Assembly: GCA_945920215.1 (NCBI GenBank) | Contig: CAMEJM010000005.1 | Span: 42,798-106,797 of the forward strand | Reading direction: 5' to 3' | DNA from: an uncultured bacterium | GTDB lineage: Bacteria > Bacillota > Clostridia > Oscillospirales > CAG-272 | DNA: 64,000 nucleotides | Translations under genes and position numbers: made by a program | Notes under the pieces: generated by a model | Database searches by the model: none | What the model saw: only the letters and a program-made list of their open reading frames with translations | Told to the model about the DNA's origin: nothing | Shown: piece by piece, positions 17,697 to 27,505 of the stretch | Layout: each line of letters opens with the position of its first letter | Position numbering within the stretch: position 1 is the first letter of the stretch

Positions 17697-19484
17697 TTAC
17701 TCTTTTTTATCTCCTTGATCTCCGTAGCAATACGGGCAAGGCAGAGAGTAAATAATGTTGCCGCATCTCTTGCATCTCCAGCGGCGGGGCTTCTGCTCCG
17801 CAGCAGGGGCGGCGTGCGGCGTCTGCTCCTCTGTCCGCGGCTCTGCGGGCGCTTCCTGCGGGGACTGCTGTGCCGCTGCGGCGGAGGCGTTGCTTTCTTC
17901 CTGCTCTTGCTCCTGTTCGTTTACCGATTCTTCCGTATCCTGCGTAAGGGCGTCGTCGAAGCGCATTGCGCCGTCCCCCTCACACATACGCTCCTGCTGT
18001 TCTCCCACGCGCTTCTTGGCAAATGCCAGACTCGGCGTGCAGAGCGCAAGCAGCGCGAACACAGCGCAGAAAATGCCGCCGGCATTGAGCTTCATTTTGT
18101 AAAACGCGCTGAGTTTACTTCTCATACCGTCAAGCACGGTACCGTCCAGCGCGTTGTTGGCGCTCACCACAAGCCCGATCAGCACGCCGAGAAGCGCCAG
18201 TGCCGTGACCAAACCCGCGATTTTCGCTGCCCATGTGAGCGCACGGATATCGGAGCCAAGCGCAAAGTAACACAAGCTCTGCCAGACAACCAGCGAGGCG
18301 CATACGCATACCGCCGCCAGCAAAAACGATGTCAGAGCGAAGTAGGTCGAATTGGTTGCGCGGTCGGAGGACAACACGGCATACGATGCCATGCCCAGAT
18401 TGAGAATGTACGCGTCGCCTCTCTTGACCCCGTATCTTGTAAATTGTGAAAAGGACTCCAGCAGATCGGGCACGGATTCCTCCAAGTCCGCATATGCTTC
18501 TTCGCTTACCCACAGGCTGTCGAACAGCGCGCTGTCAAGCTGTGCCGTCTGGGTGACGGTCTTGTCTTTCCCGCTGAACGTCGTGGTGATTTCGGCGGAC
18601 AGCAAAGGAGTGAAAATCATGCACAGCATCAGAAGCGCCGCCGTAAGAGACAGCCCACGGGTCACGATCCCGCCGACGCTGTACGTCTTGCGCTGTAAAA
18701 AACCGATGAGGGCAAACGCCGCAATTCCGCTGCAGGAGAAGGCAAGCGTCAGCACCGCGCCCACGCACAGTGACGCGTTGCCGGCGTTGGTACCCACCTG
18801 CGCAAAGAACGCCGCGTAAAAGGTCAGGCACGCCGCCGGAATCAGGCACAGCAGCCGCAGCGCATGAGAATACGGCGCGGGAGAACCCATGAAAAAGAGA
18901 ATCAGGTTCAGTGTGGAAAGGGTCAACAGCGCCGCGCAGATCATCATGTACAGAATTGCGCAGACCGTCGCAACCAAGCCGGCAATACTGACGCTTGTTT
19001 CCTCACTGCGCAGACCGATGCGAGCCAGGGTCTTGGCGGTTTCCTGAATCAGTTTTTTGAGGCGCGGCGTGAATGCGCCGTTGTTGAGAGCGGATTCCGA
19101 CTGGATCTGCGCCTGCAGATCCACCAGTTTTTCAGTCAAAGCGGAGTCTTTCAGCTCCTCCTCCGTCTCTCTGTGCATCGAGTCGAAGAAGAACACCACA
19201 GAATCGATCATATTGAAGCGGATAGTGATTCCTTTATAGGTAGGGTCCGCCATGTAAGGATATTTGACAAGCGGTAAAAAAGCAAACACAACCAGCAGAA
19301 TGCTGATCAGAAGCAGAGCGCAGTTGCGGAAGAATGCCAAAGAGAGAAAGCGGGAACGCTCTTTTTTCGGCTCTGCTTTGGCGCCGCCTTTCATATCTGC
19401 GCCGCAGTGCATACAGTAGTTTGCGTTTTCGGGGGCAGTCCGCCCGCAAACCGGGCAAACGCCGCACACCGGATTCTGTTCCAT
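17697..19484 (-). CDS. Multi-pass membrane protein with N- and C-terminal zinc ribbons
   Basis: GGAGG RBS; CPVCG..CMHCG at the N-terminus, about 8 hydrophobic segments, CKRCG..CPYC at the C-terminus. Confidence 0.8.
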   Translation of the reverse strand: MEQNPVCGVCPVCGRTAPENANYCMHCGADMKGGAKAEPKKERSRFLSLAFFRNCALLLISILLVVFAFLPLVKYPYMADPTYKGITIRFNMIDSVVFFFDSMHRETEEELKDSALTEKLVDLQAQIQSESALNNGAFTPRLKKLIQETAKTLARIGLRSEETSVSIAGLVATVCAILYMMICAALLTLSTLNLILFFMGSPAPYSHALRLLCLIPAACLTFYAAFFAQVGTNAGNASLCVGAVLTLAFSCSGIAAFALIGFLQRKTYSVGGIVTRGLSLTAALLMLCMIFTPLLSAEITTTFSGKDKTVTQTAQLDSALFDSLWVSEEAYADLEESVPDLLESFSQFTRYGVKRGDAYILNLGMASYAVLSSDRATNSTYFALTSFLLAAVCVCASLVVWQSLCYFALGSDIRALTWAAKIAGLVTALALLGVLIGLVVSANNALDGTVLDGMRSKLSAFYKMKLNAGGIFCAVFALLALCTPSLAFAKKRVGEQQERMCEGDGAMRFDDALTQDTEESVNEQEQEQEESNASAAAAQQSPQEAPAEPRTEEQTPHAAPAAEQKPRRWRCKRCGNIIYSLPCPYCYGDQGDKKE

Positions 19485-19644
19485 AGTTGATAAAACCTCC
19501 TGATGTTCCGCACATAAGCGAAGTGGAATATACACAGATGAATATCCCTGTATATTGTACATATTTTTCCGTTAAAATGCAACTGTATTTGAAAGTACTC
19601 ACCAATATACGTTTTTCCCGGAACGCCCAAAAAGCGTATCACGC

Positions 19645-19669
19645 AAAAAGACCCCCGAAAATGGGGGTC
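19645..19669 (-). terminator. Terminator of rnpB
   Basis: GACCCCC-attttc-GGGGGTC-TTTTT on the minus strand. Confidence 0.75.
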
Positions 19670-19686
19670 CTTGCAAATGCAAAACC

Positions 19687-20061
19687 GAACCGAACTTGTA
19701 AGCCGGGTTCTGTGAACGTTTGCGCGAGCCGCAGTCATCTATCTTCACATACCGTTACCGATATGTTCAGGGCTTTCGCCCCTGCCGCCAACAGGATTCC
19801 GGCGGGCACCGTAGCGCTTACGCGCTCTCCCGTAGGCGTTGCTTCGGATAGGGTTTACAGACCCCCCGTGTTACCACGGGACGTGGTGAGCTCTTACCTC
19901 GCCTTTCCACCCTTACCGCTTGCGCGGCGGTTTATTTCTGTTGCACTCTCCCGGAGGTCACCCTCGGCGGATGTTATCCGTTATCCTTACCCTGTGAAGC
20001 CCGGACTTTCCTCACGATAATACCTTTCGGCACCATATCGCGCGACTGCACCGTTCGGTTC
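19687..20061 (-). ncRNA. rnpB: RNase P RNA (class A-like)
   Basis: GAGGAAAGTCCGGGC, AGTGCAACAGAAA, GGTAAGGGTGGAAAGGCGAGGTAAGAGC, TAAACCC, ACAGAACCCGGCTTA; P1 GAACCGAAC/GTTCGGTTC. Confidence 0.97.
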
Positions 20062-20067
20062 CCTGTG

Positions 20068-20096
20068 ATTATAACGCCCGGCGCGGTTTTTGTCAA
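20068..20096 (-). promoter_or_regulatory. SigA promoter of rnpB
   Basis: Perfect TTGACA-N17-TATAAT just upstream of P1. Confidence 0.9.
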
Positions 20097-20953
20097 GCGC
20101 GGGGCTGTTCGCTGTCGCCGTCTGCGGGCGCCGGTTGCGCGCGAGAAATCATATTGCGGCGCACGAAGAGGAGCGCCGTGGCAACGAGCGCAACCGCAGC
20201 GGTCACGATCAGAACGGGTACCCAGATATGGGAAGCGGCAAACGCCTGGATGTCAAACTCACCGCTGTCGGGATTCTGCATATGCGAGAACACCGCCACT
20301 ACGTCGTAGATGAGCGCGGCGAGGATCAGGCTCACAGCGCCGATCCCAAGCCACATGGGGGCGCCGCTCGCGCTCTTCTCATGCTTGAGACGGACGGGAA
20401 TATCGCGGGTCAGATCCAAAAGCGACGCGATGTAATAAGCGGCAAGCACGGTCACAATGGTTTCGGGAATCATGTAGGTCGCGTTATAAACGAACGAATA
20501 TGCCAGCGCGGCAGTCGTAGGAATCGACAGCCCCGCCCAAACGGTCGCGCCCGAAATCACATGGCAGGCATAGCGCAGAACGCATGCCAAGGCGGCGCCG
20601 AGAGACAAGGCGGCGTTCTGCTTTTTCACCACCCCGCGGAACACCCCGCCGAGACCGCAGACGGTAAAGGCGACGATGTAGTCCAGCATGATCACGGCAA
20701 TCACCGAACCGGGGGTCGTCACGTAAGACAGGGTTTTCAAGCCGAGCACCTGTTGCAGGGCGGCATACACCACCCCGGTGCCAAGCCCCCAGCCCAGACC
20801 GTTCCGGTAAGCGATGATGATGACCGGCAGCATGGACGCCAATGTGATGGAACCGCCGTACGGCAGCTCTGCCAGTTTGAAAAGGCTCAGCACGGTTGCC
20901 ACCGCAACCATGAGCGCACTTTCCACAAGCTTTCTTGTGTTTGTGTTTTTCAC
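20093..20953 (-). CDS. thiT: ECF-type thiamine transporter S component
   Basis: LVESALMVAVATVLS, LPYGGSIT, LDYIVAF, RYACHVISG, YSFVYNATY; TPP riboswitch upstream. Confidence 0.9.
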   Translation of the reverse strand: MKNTNTRKLVESALMVAVATVLSLFKLAELPYGGSITLASMLPVIIIAYRNGLGWGLGTGVVYAALQQVLGLKTLSYVTTPGSVIAVIMLDYIVAFTVCGLGGVFRGVVKKQNAALSLGAALACVLRYACHVISGATVWAGLSIPTTAALAYSFVYNATYMIPETIVTVLAAYYIASLLDLTRDIPVRLKHEKSASGAPMWLGIGAVSLILAALIYDVVAVFSHMQNPDSGEFDIQAFAASHIWVPVLIVTAAVALVATALLFVRRNMISRAQPAPADGDSEQPRA

Positions 20954-21035
20954 TGAAAAAACACCTCCAAATAAAAATTTGCCGCACAGGATGAATCCGT
21001 GCGGCTGACTTTCATTTGGGTTTCATGTGAAAATG

Positions 21036-21117
21036 CAAGCTACCTACGACGGCATTATCCGTATCAGGTAAAGGGTTCGGACTTTCGCCCGTCTCAGCCT
21101 TTCAGCACCCCTGTTCC
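21036..21117 (-). promoter_or_regulatory. TPP riboswitch
   Basis: GGGGTGC..GCTGAGA..ACCCT..ACCTGATacggATAATGccgtCGTAGG with compensatory P5 pairs; expression-platform hairpin at 20981-21005. Confidence 0.93.
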
Positions 21118-21144
21118 ATTATTCCATTCTGTTTGGCTGTGACC

Positions 21145-21172
21145 ATTGTAGCACAAATGCGATTTTTGTCAA
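21145..21172 (-). promoter_or_regulatory. SigA promoter of the TPP riboswitch/thiT
   Basis: TTGACA-N16-TACAAT with TG extension. Confidence 0.7.
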
Positions 21173-21858
21173 GTGCTTTTTTCGAGGGAAACCCGCACAA
21201 CCGTCGGCAGGCGCTGCCCCTCCCACATCACGAGCAGGGTTCCCTGCGCCACTGCCACGCGGGCGCCGCCGTCCTCTCCGCCGAGAAAACTGTTGGAAAC
21301 GCCGAGGGGCACGGTGGCGGAAAGGGTAGCGTCTGCAAGCGGATACTTCACGCCGCTCTCCTCCACCCCGCGCGCCTCATCGGTCAGCGAAAACACAGAA
21401 AGCGTGCCTGAAAAATCGGAAGAAAACGTCAGGGCGGAGCCGCCGATGATCGCCGTCGCACTGAAAGCCGCCCCCACGAGGTAGCCCTCCTCTCCGCGCT
21501 GTGCCATCGCCGCGAGAAGCTGATAATTGGCATAGGTATGGTCGGGTCTACCGCCCGTGCCGCCGAGCATCACAAAGCGCTTTGCGCCGCGGGCGCGTCC
21601 CAGCTCCAGCGCCGCCGCCATATCGGTGACGTCCTTTTCCACAGGCAGGCGTACCACCTCTGTCCCGGCGGGAATTCCCGTATTCTGCTCCGCGCAGTCC
21701 GCGGCAAAAGAATCGAAATCGCCGACGAGTATCTGCGGTGTGATTCCCCACTGCCGGCAGGCTGCCAGCCCGCCGTCCGCCGCAATCACAAAATCTCCCG
21801 GCTCGGGCAGGATTCTCGCTTCCGGGTATTCCCCGGCGCCGAACACATAACAGGTCAT
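21169..21858 (-). CDS. thiN: Thiamine diphosphokinase
   Basis: IAADGG, VGDFDS, EKDVTD, GGRPDH, GVKYPL, LGVSN. Confidence 0.93.
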   Translation of the reverse strand: MTCYVFGAGEYPEARILPEPGDFVIAADGGLAACRQWGITPQILVGDFDSFAADCAEQNTGIPAGTEVVRLPVEKDVTDMAAALELGRARGAKRFVMLGGTGGRPDHTYANYQLLAAMAQRGEEGYLVGAAFSATAIIGGSALTFSSDFSGTLSVFSLTDEARGVEESGVKYPLADATLSATVPLGVSNSFLGGEDGGARVAVAQGTLLVMWEGQRLPTVVRVSLEKST

Positions 21859-22099
21859 ACGCCGCGCCTCTCTTTCTTATCCCTCTCTCCGGGAGAAAAC
21901 ACAGCCGGACAGACAGAATGGTTCGCGTGTCCATGATAACAAAGATTCCGAGCCCCGTCAAGACCCGCCGCGACAGGGCACGACCTCTTTTTTGAAAAAT
22001 GTGTATAAAAACTATTGCTTTTTTTAGTAATCCTGCTATATAATATTGAAGTTATGAAAGGATATCAATTCATCGTCCGGAATGAGTGAGGTAAGTATT

Positions 22100-23938
22100 G
22101 TGAAAAGAACAGACTTGAGAAATGTCGCCATCATCGCGCACGTTGACCACGGCAAAACCACGCTGGTGGACGCGCTGTTGCAGCAGGGCGGCGTCTACCG
22201 AGAAAACCAAGAGGTGCAGACCTGCGTCATGGACTCCAACGATCAGGAGCGGGAGCGCGGGATCACCATTCTTGCGAAGAATACAGCCGTCCACTATAAG
22301 GACGTGAAAATCAATATCGTCGATACCCCCGGTCACGCCGACTTCGGCGGCGAGGTGGAGCGCGTTCTGAAAATGGTCAACGGCGTGATTCTGCTGGTGG
22401 ACGCGGCGGAAGGCCCCATGCCTCAGACCCGTTTTGTTCTGGAGCACGCGCTGGCGCTCAATCACCGCGTCATCGTGGTGGTAAACAAGATCGACCGCCC
22501 CGACGCCCGTCTTGATGAAATCGAGGACGAGGTGCTTGAGCTGCTCATGGATCTGAACGCCTCCGACGAACAGCTGGATTCCCCTATCCTGTATTGCTCC
22601 GGCAGGGACGGCACCGCCACCCGCGATTACCATGTTCCGGGCAAGGACCTGACGCCGCTTTTCGAGACCATTCTCGATTATATCCCCGCTCCCGAGGGAG
22701 ACGAAAACGCCCCCTTGCAGGCGCTTGTCTCCTGCATCGACTATAACAACTTCGTCGGCAGAATCGGTATCGGCCGCATCGAGCGCGGGACCATGCGTCA
22801 GAATCAGGAGATCACCATCTGCAATTTTCACTCCGACGAGGCGCCCCGCCGTGCCAAAATCATCTCTATCTACCAGTTTGACGGTCTGAATCGCGTCCAG
22901 GTACCCGAAGCGAAGATGGGCGACATCGTCGCTTTCTCCGGCGCGGAGGACATCAATATCGGCGACACGGTCTGCCAGAGCACCTGCGTGGAGCCGCTGG
23001 AATTCGTTAAGGTTTCCGAGCCGACCCTTGAAATGACCTTCTCGGTCAACGACTCTCCATTTGCCGGCAGAGAGGGCAAGTACGTCACCTCCCGCCATCT
23101 GCGGGAGCGCCTGTACCGCGAGCTGCTCCGCGACGTGTCCCTGCGCGTCTCGGACGGCGATACCACGGACAGCTTCAAGGTCGCGGGGCGCGGCGAGATG
23201 CACCTCTCCGTGCTGATTGAAAGCATGCGCCGCGAAGGATATGAGCTTTCCTGCTCCAACCCCACAGTTCTGTACTCCGAAATTGACGGCGTGAAATGCG
23301 AGCCGATGGAGCTTGTCACCATCGACGTCCCGGAGGAATACATGGGCACCGTTATGGAGCGCCTCGGCTCCCGCAAGGGCGAGCTTTTGGATATGCAGCT
23401 CCGCGGCTCCCGTCAGAAGCTGACCTATCGGATCCCGACCCGCTGCCTGTTCGGCTACCGCAGCGAGTTTATGACCGCCACCCGCGGCGAGGGGATCATC
23501 AACTCCGTGTTTGACGGATACGCTCCCTATAAGGGGAATGTCACCATGCGCTTCACCGGCTCCCTCGTGGCAAGCGAAACCGGTGAGACCACCTCTTACG
23601 GTTTGTACTACGCGCAGGACAGAGGTCCTCTGTTCATCGGTCCGTCCGTCCCTGTGTACGAGGGCATGATCGTCGGCGAGAACCCCAAGCCGGGCGACAT
23701 CGCCGTCAACGTCTGCAAGAAGAAACACCTGACCGCCGTCCGTTCCACCGGTGCGGATGAAGCGCTGACCCTGATTACCCCGCACCAGCCCTCTCTCGAG
23801 GAAGCCATCGAATTCATTGCGGAGGACGAGCTGATCGAGGTGACTCCAAAGAGCATCCGTCTGCGCAAGCGTATTCTGGACAGTTCTTTGCGTCTCAAAG
23901 CGCAGGCTGCCAAGAAAAACGCCGCCGCCGTTAAATAA
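22100..23938 (+). CDS. typA: Translational GTPase TypA/BipA
   Basis: AHVDHGKTT, ERERGITILAK, DTPGHADFGGEVER, GRGEMHL, EVTPKSIRLRK; GTG start after GAGGT. Confidence 0.97.
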   Translation: MKRTDLRNVAIIAHVDHGKTTLVDALLQQGGVYRENQEVQTCVMDSNDQERERGITILAKNTAVHYKDVKINIVDTPGHADFGGEVERVLKMVNGVILLVDAAEGPMPQTRFVLEHALALNHRVIVVVNKIDRPDARLDEIEDEVLELLMDLNASDEQLDSPILYCSGRDGTATRDYHVPGKDLTPLFETILDYIPAPEGDENAPLQALVSCIDYNNFVGRIGIGRIERGTMRQNQEITICNFHSDEAPRRAKIISIYQFDGLNRVQVPEAKMGDIVAFSGAEDINIGDTVCQSTCVEPLEFVKVSEPTLEMTFSVNDSPFAGREGKYVTSRHLRERLYRELLRDVSLRVSDGDTTDSFKVAGRGEMHLSVLIESMRREGYELSCSNPTVLYSEIDGVKCEPMELVTIDVPEEYMGTVMERLGSRKGELLDMQLRGSRQKLTYRIPTRCLFGYRSEFMTATRGEGIINSVFDGYAPYKGNVTMRFTGSLVASETGETTSYGLYYAQDRGPLFIGPSVPVYEGMIVGENPKPGDIAVNVCKKKHLTAVRSTGADEALTLITPHQPSLEEAIEFIAEDELIEVTPKSIRLRKRILDSSLRLKAQAAKKNAAAVK

Positions 23939-24035
23939 GTACTCCTGACGGAATTTTCCGCCGCGCTTCCCGCGCAGGCGACATAAAAAGCCGTCCCCCT
24001 CTCATATCCTGCAAGGAGAGAGGGGGCGTTTTTAG

Positions 24036-25400
24036 TTGATTGAGTATTTGCAGCGCGTCTTTGTCGCGCCCGCCGTATTAGCGGCGCTGCTGCTTTGCGG
24101 AGGATACTTCTGTATCCGCCTGCGCCTGTTCTGGATTCGCCACCCTGTCCGCGCCTGCCGCCGCATGACAAGCGGGAAAAGCCCTCTCAGCGCGTTTCGT
24201 GCGGTATGCCTCGCCCTTGCCGGTACCCTCGGCGTCGGAAACATCACGGGGGTCGCGCTGGCTCTGATTTGCGGCGGTGCGGGGGCGATTTTCTGGATGC
24301 TGGTATCGGCGTTTTTCGCCATGGCGGTCAAGTACGCGGAGGTGGTTCTCGCCATGGATACCCGCCGTCGCGGAGAAAAAGGAGACTGGCAGGGCGGCGC
24401 GCCCTATTATATGCGGCGCGAGGACGGCGGGGGGCGCCGGTTTCTCCCCGTCTTCTTCTCGGCGCTGTGCGTGGTGTGCGCCGTGCTCCAGGGTAGCCTC
24501 ATACAGGGGAACGCCGCCGCGAACGCCCTTTCCGATGTTGTCGGCGCAGCGCCTGTATTCTGCGGCGCCGCACTGTCTGTTGCCGCCGCTCTGATACTTC
24601 TCTTCGCGCGGCGTGCCATCGCCCCTATCAATTCCTTTCTCATTCCGATTGTCACGGGGCTTTACCTTATCATGTGCCTGTCGGTCATTGTCTTTTGCCG
24701 CGCCGCCCTGCCTGCGGCAGTGGCGGCAATCTTCCGGGCGGCGTTCACCCCGCAGGCAGGGCTCGGCGGAGTGGCGGGCTTCCTTTTCTCGGACGCCGCG
24801 CGGATCGGCTGCGCGCGCGGACTGCTTTCCAATGAAGCAGGCTGCGGTACCGCCCCGCTCGCCCACATCACCGCCGAGGGAACCACGCCTGCCGGGCAGG
24901 GGCTGTGGGGGATTTTCGAGGTGTTTCTCGACACCGCCGTGGTCTGTACGCTGACCGCGCTTGCCTGCCTGTGCGCACGCCCCGAAGCCGCGGGGGACCC
25001 CGCCGACTACATCCGTTCGGTCTTCGCCGTCTTTTACGGGGACAGCGCCGGGGGGCTTGTGGCGCTGACCGTCGTCAGCTTCGCCTTTGCCACCACCCTG
25101 ACATGGGCGTTTTACGGGCTCTCCTGCCTGAACGCCCTCGCCCGCCCCTGCTCCGCATGGCGGGTGCCTTATCTGCTCCTGTACTCCGCCGCCCTGACGG
25201 TCGGCGCGGCGTTTTCCGCCGAAACCGTATTCACCCTGACGGATTTGCTACTGGGAGTCATGACTCTGTGCAATCTTGCGGTGCTCATTAAAAAAGCAGA
25301 CAGAGTGGTGGCTCTGTCTGCCAAAGACGGTCTGATCGGTCTCAATCGAATACGCGGATATGCGCCTGGAGTTGCGCCCCGGAAGCACACAGACGCTTGA
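24036..25400 (+). CDS. Alanine/glycine:cation symporter (AGCS) family
   Basis: LAGTLGVGNITGVA, GAIFWM, KYAE, GGAPYY, RGLLSNEAGCGTAP, EVFLDT. Confidence 0.88.
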   Translation: MIEYLQRVFVAPAVLAALLLCGGYFCIRLRLFWIRHPVRACRRMTSGKSPLSAFRAVCLALAGTLGVGNITGVALALICGGAGAIFWMLVSAFFAMAVKYAEVVLAMDTRRRGEKGDWQGGAPYYMRREDGGGRRFLPVFFSALCVVCAVLQGSLIQGNAAANALSDVVGAAPVFCGAALSVAAALILLFARRAIAPINSFLIPIVTGLYLIMCLSVIVFCRAALPAAVAAIFRAAFTPQAGLGGVAGFLFSDAARIGCARGLLSNEAGCGTAPLAHITAEGTTPAGQGLWGIFEVFLDTAVVCTLTALACLCARPEAAGDPADYIRSVFAVFYGDSAGGLVALTVVSFAFATTLTWAFYGLSCLNALARPCSAWRVPYLLLYSAALTVGAAFSAETVFTLTDLLLGVMTLCNLAVLIKKADRVVALSAKDGLIGLNRIRGYAPGVAPRKHTDA

Positions 25401-26553
25401 GGTCGTCCTCGTATTCCTGCTCGGTGATGGAGGGGGTAATGAGCGCGATCTCGTCGCCCTCCCCAGGCAGAATTTCGGCTTCGCTCCAAATGACGCCGAC
25501 GGCGCTTTGCTCCACGCCGCGCAGGGAAAGATAGTGACGGCAACTGAACAGACGGAAATCGGTGGAGAGGGTATCGTCCCCCGCAGTCCACTCATACCGC
25601 TGCGCGTCCCCGCGCAGAATCGAAAGCACATCTGCGGCAACCGCGGAAGCGGTGGGATGGGAACCGGCGCCGCGGCCGTAGAACATCACGTCCCCCGCAT
25701 AGTTGCAATCGACCAACACTCCGTTGAACACGTCCTCAATCCCGGATAAAGGGCTGTCCTTGGGAAGCAGGAAGGGAGCGACCATGACAAAGGTGCCGCC
25801 GGTCTGACGGACAAATCTGCCGAGCAGCTTGACGGTATAGCCCATGCGGTTGGCAAGCTGCACGTCGCTCTGACGGACGGCGGTAATCCCCTCCGTGTGC
25901 ACCGAATCGGGGTCCACGAGCGTGCCGGTGGCGGTGGCGGCGAGAATGCAGATTTTTCTGCACGCGTCAATGCCCTCAATGTCGGCGGCGGGGTTCCGCT
26001 CGGCATATCCCTTCTGCTGTGCTTCCGTCAGCGCCGCTTCAAACGAAGCGCCGGAGCGGAACATACGGGTCAGGATATAGTTGGTGGTTCCGTTGAGGAT
26101 CCCGGAAATGCTGCGCACGGTGTTGCCGGCGAGGTCGGTTGCCAGCGGATGGATCACGGGGATCGCGCCGCCGGTAGACGCCTCGAACAGATAGTAAACG
26201 CCTTTCTCTTTCGCTAACGCAAGCAGCTCCGCGCCGTGGGTCGCCACCAACTCCTTATTGGAGGTGACAACGCTCTTGCCCGCTTCCATGCAGGCGCGGG
26301 TGTACTCCAAAGCGGGGTTGACGCCGCCGATCAGCTCTGCCACCACGGAGATCTCCGGGTCGTCCAGAATCACCTTGATGTCGTGGACGATTTTATCGGC
26401 ATAGGGGCTGTCCGGCATATCGCGGACGTCCAGCGCGTATTTGACGCTGACTTCTTCTCCGAGGCGCGCCGCAATCGCCTGCGCGTTTTCAGTGAACAGG
26501 TCTGCGGTGCCGCAGCCGACAACGCCGAGACCCAGAATCGCAATGTATTTCAT
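25342..26553 (-). CDS. hom: Homoserine dehydrogenase
   Basis: GLGVVG, VVTSNK, FEASTGGAIP, ILNGTTNYIL, GYAERNPAADIEG, GRGAG. Confidence 0.95.
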   Translation of the reverse strand: MKYIAILGLGVVGCGTADLFTENAQAIAARLGEEVSVKYALDVRDMPDSPYADKIVHDIKVILDDPEISVVAELIGGVNPALEYTRACMEAGKSVVTSNKELVATHGAELLALAKEKGVYYLFEASTGGAIPVIHPLATDLAGNTVRSISGILNGTTNYILTRMFRSGASFEAALTEAQQKGYAERNPAADIEGIDACRKICILAATATGTLVDPDSVHTEGITAVRQSDVQLANRMGYTVKLLGRFVRQTGGTFVMVAPFLLPKDSPLSGIEDVFNGVLVDCNYAGDVMFYGRGAGSHPTASAVAADVLSILRGDAQRYEWTAGDDTLSTDFRLFSCRHYLSLRGVEQSAVGVIWSEAEILPGEGDEIALITPSITEQEYEDDLKRLCASGAQLQAHIRVFD

Positions 26554-26700
26554 GTTTTCTCCAAATCATTCTCCGCTACTAACTGCGGATGATAGAGCCA
26601 TTTTAGCATATATGTCACAGAAAATCAAGTAAAACCCACAAACAAAGCGCTTTTCGACAGATTGATGCGTTTTTCTCACACGCCGCCCCCACCGCAAGAG

Positions 26701-26740
26701 AAAAAAAGGCCCGTTCCGCAGGAATGCCGGAACGAGCCTT
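26701..26740 (-). terminator. Intrinsic terminator after the M23 gene
   Basis: AAGGC-c-CGTTCCG / CGGAACG-a-GCCTT stem with a T-run on the minus strand. Confidence 0.6.
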
Positions 26741-26797
26741 GTCGCGCCTCTTCAGCCCCGCAGGGCGCGTGCGCCGTCGGCGCACGCAAAGACAGGG

Positions 26798-27478
26798 TCA
26801 ACCCTCGTAGGAAATATCGCGGGAAAGGGAGGCTGCCGCGGAATTTGCGGAGATGAAGTCCATCGGGTCGACTTCCTCGCCGTTCACCCGCATTTCAAAG
26901 TGCAGATGAGGTTCGTCCGCCACCTCCATGACAGCGGTTTCCCCGATACAGCCGATGGTCTGACCGCAACGCACCTCGGCGCCGACCTCGATCCCCTCGG
27001 CAAGCTCGGGGTTCAGGTTGCGGTAAACCGTGACGGCATTGCCGTTGTGGCTGATAAAGACAGAGGTGCCCATCAGGGGGTCGTCCGTGATTTCGCTCAC
27101 CTTGCCGTCAGCCGCCGCCATGACCTTATCGCCCAGTGCCGCGCTGATGTCGATCCCGTGATGCACGCGCCAGTCCGTGGTGGTATTCCAGAACACCAGC
27201 TGGGTCAGGTCGTGGTTCTTGGTCACCAGACCGACCGCAGGCGCCATGAATTCCGGCAGCACTGCCGTGGGGTCCTCGGTCTGACCGGGGTCGATGGGCG
27301 TGACGTCAATGGGCAGATCGGGGGGCGTCCCCTGCTTGTCCTGCGTGCGGGAAAGCAGTATTCCGCACACGACGGCACCCGCGCATATCACCGCCGCCAG
27401 AGCGATGTAAAGGATGCGGTTGGCTTTGCGGTGATCGCTTTTTCTGTTTTTTTGCTCGTTCTTGTTTTCCATTTGCAT
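26798..27478 (-). CDS. Membrane-anchored M23 peptidase, SpoIIQ-like
   Basis: N-terminal TM segment, HHGID (HxxxD), PHLHFE (HxH), T..DWRVH motif; sigma-F-like promoter upstream. Confidence 0.8.
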   Translation of the reverse strand: MQMENKNEQKNRKSDHRKANRILYIALAAVICAGAVVCGILLSRTQDKQGTPPDLPIDVTPIDPGQTEDPTAVLPEFMAPAVGLVTKNHDLTQLVFWNTTTDWRVHHGIDISAALGDKVMAAADGKVSEITDDPLMGTSVFISHNGNAVTVYRNLNPELAEGIEVGAEVRCGQTIGCIGETAVMEVADEPHLHFEMRVNGEEVDPMDFISANSAAASLSRDISYEG

Positions 27479-27505
27479 AAAATCCTTTCAAAATGATTGC
27501 ACACC

